Below are positions 58,575 to 64,000 of a stretch of 64,000 bases of DNA, piece after piece; the first letter of the stretch is position 1, and each line of letters begins with the position of its first letter. This DNA is from Verrucomicrobiales bacterium (GTDB lineage Bacteria; Verrucomicrobiota; Verrucomicrobiia; Verrucomicrobiales; SLCJ01), in the NCBI GenBank assembly GCA_046075565.1, contig JBJTQJ010000108.1, positions 1 to 64,000 on the forward strand. The letters are read 5' to 3'. The notes below the pieces were generated by a model. The model saw only the letters and a list, made by a program, of their open reading frames with translations. It was not told the DNA's origin and did not search any database. Position numbers and translations under genes: made by a program.

Positions 58575-61500
58575 TCACGATGGATTGGCAATTTGCAGGT
58601 AAGCAAGCAGATCTTTCAACTCCTGGGGATTGAGCCGGTTGATGAGCCCCGGGGGCATTGAGGAAACCGGAGAGGGGACTTTCCCGACGATTGACTTTGT
58701 CGGAATGGTGATGGTTTTCGCAGGATCAAAAGGGTTGTTGGCCACGACGGTCTGGCCGCCATCCTCGGAAAGAATCCTCCCTGTGACCACGGTGCCGTCA
58801 GTGCGGGTGATGCGGGTGAATTCATATTGGTCGGAAATGACCTTGCTCGGTTCAATGATCGCTTCGGCGAGATCACGGGCCGTGAAGCGGCCCGCAACGC
58901 CCGTCAGGTCGGGGCCAGAGGCTCCTCCTTCGCCTCCAAATCGATGACAAACCGCGCACATGGCCGCTTGGAACATCTTCTTTCCGTTGGCGGGATCTGC
59001 CTTGCCAAGGTTAGCGGATGCTTCCACCACCTTGTCGGTTGTCCACAATTGGCCCGGTCCCTTGGCGCGTGGAAGATTGGCCAGAGGATTCACGGCCGGG
59101 GCTTGCAAAACACCTTCATAAAGGCCGCGTTCCTCCGGTGTGCAAGTCAGCAGGGTTTGTTTGAAAAGATCGCTAATGAACCCTCCATAGCTGGCCCCGC
59201 CGCTGCGGCCGGAAAGTTTCGGAAACCAATCAAAAAAACGCTGACGTTCGGAGGCATCCCACGGTCCCGGAACAACCCGGAGACAATAAACATAATGAAT
59301 GACCTGCGCGGGTGGCAAATTGGCGATCATTGCCTGCACGGTGCGTCCGTAACCGGGATTCCGCGTCGCAAGTTCGAGCCAGTCGGGCGGTTCGCCAGGG
59401 CCCGCGCTGTCCATGAGCGCCAGGGTCCTTTCCACGACGTTCGGTGCATTGAGATAACAAAGCACGCGGCACAATTCCCGATCGAGCAACTCGTCCCCGG
59501 CGGGAAAGCGGGAATCAATCTTGGCCAGAACGGTAGTTCGGGCCTCAGGAGTGGGAGCACCATGGCGGGCGAAAACGAGTCCGACGGCGCGGAGCCAGTT
59601 GATTTTCTGGGCGCGATCCAGTTTGTCCCACTCGAGGGAGTCGAGCGCCTTGAGGATGGCGGGGACGTTTTCAGCAGTGCCGGTGCGGGCCATTGCCATG
59701 GAAGAAAGGATGACCGGCCAGGGGTCGCGAGCCTGGGCAATGGATTCGGCTACGGTCGCGGCTCCTTCAAGCTCGAGGGCGACCCGCGCCTGATGGCGTG
59801 ACACACGATTGAAACTACCGAGTTTGCTCATGGCCTCGGCTTTCGGCATGGGAACAAGGGATTTCGACTCATAGGCCACAGGAGATGCGGGCACATCACT
59901 CCCGGTATAGGTGATTTTCCACAGCGCGGAACCGGAGCGCCGCCCGCCGCTCAGAAAATACATCGCGCCATCCTTTCCGATGATCGCATCGGTCAACGGC
60001 AAGCCTCGGCCCGCGAGAAACTCCTCGCTCTCCGCACGGTAGGAGTCTCCATCAGGGACGAGATGAATCGCGTAAATGGTAGCGAACGTCCAATCGAGGG
60101 CGTAGATCGCGCTTTGGTATTTTGTGGGAAACCTCGCTCCTCTTCCCGAGACAAGACCGGTCGGAGATCCGGGTCCGATGTCCAGTTGGGATGGCATGCT
60201 GTCTTCATAAACATCGGGCCATTTCCCGGTGCCGTTGCGCCATCCGAATTCCGCCCCCGGCGTCACATGGCAAATGCGGGTCGGCCGATACCATGGCATG
60301 CCGAGATCCCATTCCATGTCCGCGTCGAAGGTAAAAAGATCGCCGGCCGGATTGAAGGCGAAATCGAAGGCATTCCGGAATCCGATGGCGAACATTTCCC
60401 ATCCGGAACCATCCGGAGCAAAGCGGGCCACCCATCCCCCGGGAGCCATGCGGTCAGAGGCATGACCACGCGCGTCGGGCCTTCTCGGCAACAGTTGGTC
60501 TTCCTGCCAAACCTTGGGGACGACGCTTTTTTCAAAATTGGGTGCGTCGGTGTGATTGCCTGCCATGAAATAAATCCAGTTCCCATCGGGGGAGGCGACG
60601 AGCGAATGCGGACCGTGTTCACCCCTCCCTTGGAGGGCCTGCACCATTTCGGGAGATTCCGGTTCACCGTCACCATTCTTGTCGGTCACTTTCCACACCC
60701 CGCTCTTAGTGGGGCCTTCATTGGCCGCGACCCAGAGTGTGCCCTTGTGCCAGAGGAGTCCCTGCGCGCCCGCCAACTCGATCTGGGTTTTCTCGACCCG
60801 GACCTTTCCCTCAGGACCGGCGGTCGGGAAAACCCGGTAAATCGCCCCATATTGATCCGCGCAATAGAAGGAACCGTCCTCACGAACCGTGATGGAAACC
60901 CAGGATCCTTGGTCGTTGGGCACCTGATAGAGTTGTTCTAATTCGAATCCGGGGGCGAGTGTGAAATCGGCTCCGGGGCCGGTTGAGGCGCGTGCAGCCG
61001 GGGCCGCGGCCGGCGCGGCATTGGCTTCGATGGGTTTCCAGCGCAGGTCCTTAAATTCAACTTTCATCGGTGGCCCGGCGTGCACCTGCAAACCGATCAA
61101 ACCCTTCAGAGCACGTTTCGCCTCCTGCACGTCAGTCACTTCCACGCTTTGTTTTCCATTCACAAAGTGACGGAGCACGTTCCCCTGGGCTTCGATGCGG
61201 AATTCATTCCATTGGTCAAGGGCAACGTCTTCCACCGGCAATTCGCCGGTGACCGCAGGCTTGTCGGCAAGGTTTACCTTTTTTCCGCGCTCACATGCGA
61301 TACCACGCCCCCCTTCTTCATAGAGCATTCCCAGATAATTCTTCGCGGGATGCAGATCCATCTGATACCCCTTGAGCACCCAGCCCTGAGGATCGGGTCG
61401 GCGGCTCCGATATTGCACGCCCGAATTGTTCTTGCCCGTGACCCGCGCCTTGTATTCGAGCACAAAATCTCCCGGCTCACCGCCCTCCCAGATCAGAAAG

Positions 61501-61694
61501 GTATTGGCTTTGATTTTTCGTTCGGCATCATCGGTCTCGCCGACAATCGTACCATTCTCCACCCGCCAGATTTTCGGATCACCGGCCCAACCTTGCAAAT
61601 CCTTGCCATTAAAAAGGGGCGTCCAATCCTCAGCCGGGGAAAATCCGGCCAAAATGAGGGCAACGAAAAAAGAAGAAATGAATCGGGCGAGCAT
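58575..61694 (-). CDS. DUF1080 (3-keto-disaccharide hydrolase-like) + beta-propeller dehydrogenase-like + helical + heme c protein
   Basis: LFNGKDLQGW, NSGVQYRS, GLIGLQVH, GEHGPH, GFRNAFD, DADMEWD, CAVCH and GPDLT. Confidence 0.85.
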   Translation of the reverse strand: MLARFISSFFVALILAGFSPAEDWTPLFNGKDLQGWAGDPKIWRVENGTIVGETDDAERKIKANTFLIWEGGEPGDFVLEYKARVTGKNNSGVQYRSRRPDPQGWVLKGYQMDLHPAKNYLGMLYEEGGRGIACERGKKVNLADKPAVTGELPVEDVALDQWNEFRIEAQGNVLRHFVNGKQSVEVTDVQEAKRALKGLIGLQVHAGPPMKVEFKDLRWKPIEANAAPAAAPAARASTGPGADFTLAPGFELEQLYQVPNDQGSWVSITVREDGSFYCADQYGAIYRVFPTAGPEGKVRVEKTQIELAGAQGLLWHKGTLWVAANEGPTKSGVWKVTDKNGDGEPESPEMVQALQGRGEHGPHSLVASPDGNWIYFMAGNHTDAPNFEKSVVPKVWQEDQLLPRRPDARGHASDRMAPGGWVARFAPDGSGWEMFAIGFRNAFDFAFNPAGDLFTFDADMEWDLGMPWYRPTRICHVTPGAEFGWRNGTGKWPDVYEDSMPSQLDIGPGSPTGLVSGRGARFPTKYQSAIYALDWTFATIYAIHLVPDGDSYRAESEEFLAGRGLPLTDAIIGKDGAMYFLSGGRRSGSALWKITYTGSDVPASPVAYESKSLVPMPKAEAMSKLGSFNRVSRHQARVALELEGAATVAESIAQARDPWPVILSSMAMARTGTAENVPAILKALDSLEWDKLDRAQKINWLRAVGLVFARHGAPTPEARTTVLAKIDSRFPAGDELLDRELCRVLCYLNAPNVVERTLALMDSAGPGEPPDWLELATRNPGYGRTVQAMIANLPPAQVIHYVYCLRVVPGPWDASERQRFFDWFPKLSGRSGGASYGGFISDLFKQTLLTCTPEERGLYEGVLQAPAVNPLANLPRAKGPGQLWTTDKVVEASANLGKADPANGKKMFQAAMCAVCHRFGGEGGASGPDLTGVAGRFTARDLAEAIIEPSKVISDQYEFTRITRTDGTVVTGRILSEDGGQTVVANNPFDPAKTITIPTKSIVGKVPSPVSSMPPGLINRLNPQELKDLLAYLQIANPS

Positions 61695-61763
61695 GCGCGC
61701 GATACGCCGCCGGGCACCCGGGGCTTTCACCGAAGACACCCGCAGCCCGGCATTTCCGCGGTT

Positions 61764-62075
61764 TCACCATCCCCCGCAGCGGCGCACGAGTGTTTCCCAG
61801 AGTTTGTCAGCTTCCTCCGGTCGGGTTTCCGGCAAGCGGGCGCGGTGGAACCAATACCCTGCGTTGCCAATATCTCCTTCGATGAGATGCAGCCAGGCAT
61901 GGATGGCATCCCCATCGCGGGAGCCCAGATCATTCACGATGTCGTGCGCGGCATCCCAACCCTCCTCGCGGCGCCCCAGCCAAAGGGCGCGCAGACGGGG
62001 ATCAAGATTGGCTGGCGGCGCAGGAGAGTTTTTCACGGCCGCGGAGAAATCTTCAAAGGAGGAGTATGAGGTCAT
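61764..62075 (-). CDS. Conserved small hypothetical protein
   Basis: WDAAHDIV..HAWLHLIEGDIGNAGYWF.RA motif. Confidence 0.8.
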   Translation of the reverse strand: MTSYSSFEDFSAAVKNSPAPPANLDPRLRALWLGRREEGWDAAHDIVNDLGSRDGDAIHAWLHLIEGDIGNAGYWFHRARLPETRPEEADKLWETLVRRCGGW

Positions 62076-62297
62076 GCGAGTAAAGCAGCTGAAATGAAGG
62101 ACAGCATACACCCTCTGGAGTAAATGCTTTCACGAGATTCTTCACCCCCTCCCCTATTCTGGTTCTTCTGCCCGCCCCCCCAAAAAAAGAAACATGGTCA
62201 TCCCTTTTCCATGGATCCGGATCCCGCTCTCTCCCCCGGATGATCACCTTGGTTCGAATGAAAGATCATGCTTCGAAAAACCGTTGAAAAATCACCC

Positions 62298-63767
62298 ATG
62301 AAAAATCACATCACCAAACGGCGCATTTTCGCGCACTCAGCCATCGCGCTTGCCCTCCCGCTTTTGACGGCCTTCGCGGCGGCAGAGGAAGCGAAAAAGG
62401 TCAAGGTCTACATCCTCGCCGGCCAATCGAATATGGTCGGTATCGGGCAGGTCGATGGCGGTGGTATCCGTTGGGGAAAGGAATTCACCGATGCCGTTCT
62501 CTCCATGTATGAAGGGGCACCGAATGCCTCCACGGATTACGACAAGATGGAACCGGTGAAGACCATGCCGCTCGCGGAGATCGGAGGTGTAAACCCCCAA
62601 CCTTATCCCAAGGACGGAGTCGCCGTGCTGCGCGGTCAACTCGCGATGCCCGTGACGGGAGTCTATGAGTTCCGCCCGGGTTATGGCGCTTCGGAGGAGT
62701 GCATTATGATAGTCGATGGAACGGAGGTCCATCGCAAGGAACCCGGCGCGCAGACGGTGAGCAAAGGGATCAAGCTTGAGGCGGGGAAAAAGGTTCTTTT
62801 CAAGGTCACCTACCTGAACCAAGAGGGCAATGCTTTGGGTTGGCACTCGCGCCTGGACATTCCAGGGACTCTCAAGACAGTGGTGCATCACGAGGGCAAG
62901 TTCAAATACCTCGGCGATGGCAAGGGCAACTTCGTGCCGCGTGACGATGTTTGGTATACCGGTGTGGTTACCGCCACCGCTAACAAGTGGCTCGACATCG
63001 GCTGCGGCGCATCCGCGAGCAGCATCGGGCCCGAGTTGGGTTTCGGCCACATGGTGGGCAACCATCACGACGAACCCGTGCTGATCCTCAAGGCCAGCCA
63101 AGGCAACCGCTCTCTCGGTTGGGACTTCCTGCCTCCGGGCTCGGAGAGTTTCGAAGTCACCGATGCTGAGGGCGTGACTTGGGTCTATGCCGGATACAAA
63201 CAATCACCCGACCGCTGGCAGAAAGGCACCGAACCGAAGCCGATCGAGTGGTATGCCGGAAAACAATACGACGAGTGTTTCGATGCGGCCAAGGAAGTGC
63301 TGGCCAAATTCGATGAGAAATACCCCCAGTGGAAAGGCCGGGGATACGAAGTCGCGGGCTTCGGCTGGTGGCAAGGCCACAAGGATGGCGGCGAGCAAGG
63401 CAAAGGAGTCGCTGGCGTGCCTGCCCAACGTTATGAGCAAAACCTCGTCCATCTGATCAATACACTGCGGAAAGAGTTCAATGCTCCGAATGCCCCCTTC
63501 GTCGTCGCCAGTTGCGGATTCAACGGTGGTGAGGGATGGGAACCCGGCAGCAGTGCCGACACCATCTTCAAGGCCCAGATGAACGTGGGAGATCCCGCCA
63601 AACACCCTGAATTCGCCGGCAATGTGAAGTCGGTTGATACCCGCCCCTTCTACCGCAAGCCCGAGGTTTCCCCCCGCAACCAAGGCTTCCACTACAATGG
63701 CAATGCCGAAACCTACATGCTCGTCGGAGAATCCATGGGCAAAGCAATGCTGGAAATGGGGAAATAG
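62298..63767 (+). CDS. Secreted sialate O-acetylesterase-family (SASA/DUF303) esterase with a PA14-like insertion
   Basis: KVYILAGQSNM, IGPELGFG, WWQG, PFVVA and FHYNGNAETY. Confidence 0.85.
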   Translation: MKNHITKRRIFAHSAIALALPLLTAFAAAEEAKKVKVYILAGQSNMVGIGQVDGGGIRWGKEFTDAVLSMYEGAPNASTDYDKMEPVKTMPLAEIGGVNPQPYPKDGVAVLRGQLAMPVTGVYEFRPGYGASEECIMIVDGTEVHRKEPGAQTVSKGIKLEAGKKVLFKVTYLNQEGNALGWHSRLDIPGTLKTVVHHEGKFKYLGDGKGNFVPRDDVWYTGVVTATANKWLDIGCGASASSIGPELGFGHMVGNHHDEPVLILKASQGNRSLGWDFLPPGSESFEVTDAEGVTWVYAGYKQSPDRWQKGTEPKPIEWYAGKQYDECFDAAKEVLAKFDEKYPQWKGRGYEVAGFGWWQGHKDGGEQGKGVAGVPAQRYEQNLVHLINTLRKEFNAPNAPFVVASCGFNGGEGWEPGSSADTIFKAQMNVGDPAKHPEFAGNVKSVDTRPFYRKPEVSPRNQGFHYNGNAETYMLVGESMGKAMLEMGK

Positions 63768-63805
63768 GAAGACCTAGCGAGGTTCCACCAGAACCGGAGG
63801 ACGGC

Positions 63806-64000
63806 TCAGCGTGAAGGAGAATCCTCGACGCTCACCCCGCGATCTCCTCGCTTCCATGCGGCGAAAACCACAGGCGGTCTGGCGGGTTGATTGGGCATTT
63901 CATAACAAGCAACCAGCCACTCACCGTGGGGCAGCGAAGTCATCCAGGCTCTGACAGCGGATGTCTCGACATCGCCGCCGGGATGGCCGGGATAACAAGT
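63806..64000 (-). CDS. 3' end of a YtqB/MnmM-like SAM-dependent RNA methyltransferase (partial; absent from the ORF track)
   Basis: Manual translation gives TCYPGHPGGDVETSAVRAWMTSLPHGEWLVACYEMPNQPARPPVVFAAWKR, matching the YxGHxGG..E..NQ..PP pattern. Confidence 0.75.
   Translation of the reverse strand, partial: TCYPGHPGGDVETSAVRAWMTSLPHGEWLVACYEMPNQPARPPVVFAAWKRGDRGVSVEDSPSR

Overview
About 60% GC bacterial chromosome segment, most likely Verrucomicrobiota (Luteolibacter/Haloferula-like). This call rests on PVC-type families: the DUF1549/DUF1553 + DUF1501 pair, a DUF1080/heme-c dehydrogenase-like protein, sulfatases and a short prepilin-like gene. It holds about 45 CDS. Housekeeping genes include lysS, bioF, sufU, rlpA, recQ, prs, an LptF/LptG permease, ptsH and hprK. 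Alpha-glucan genes include glgP, a phosphoglucomutase, a CBM48 protein, galM and opgG. There are also polysaccharide-degrading enzymes, a Y1/RAYT transposase and a five-gene sugar-catabolism operon of unknown substrate. No rRNA, tRNA or CRISPR array was seen. Main observations: (1) a glycogen-binding CBM48 domain fused to a PAKKA/histone-H1-like tail, a candidate glycogen granule-nucleoid tether; (2) a recurring TTG-type -35, 17-18 nt spacer, -10, 5-8 nt, start-codon architecture implying widespread leaderless mRNAs, including one bidirectional promoter in a 21-bp gap; (3) a heptamer-built inverted-repeat element at two loci 42 kb apart, plus several REP-like doublets; (4) five broken or remnant genes confined to the first 18.4 kb; (5) an unassigned cupin/TIM-barrel/oxidoreductase/epimerase/kinase pathway. 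All product calls come from motif recognition by eye. No database search was run.
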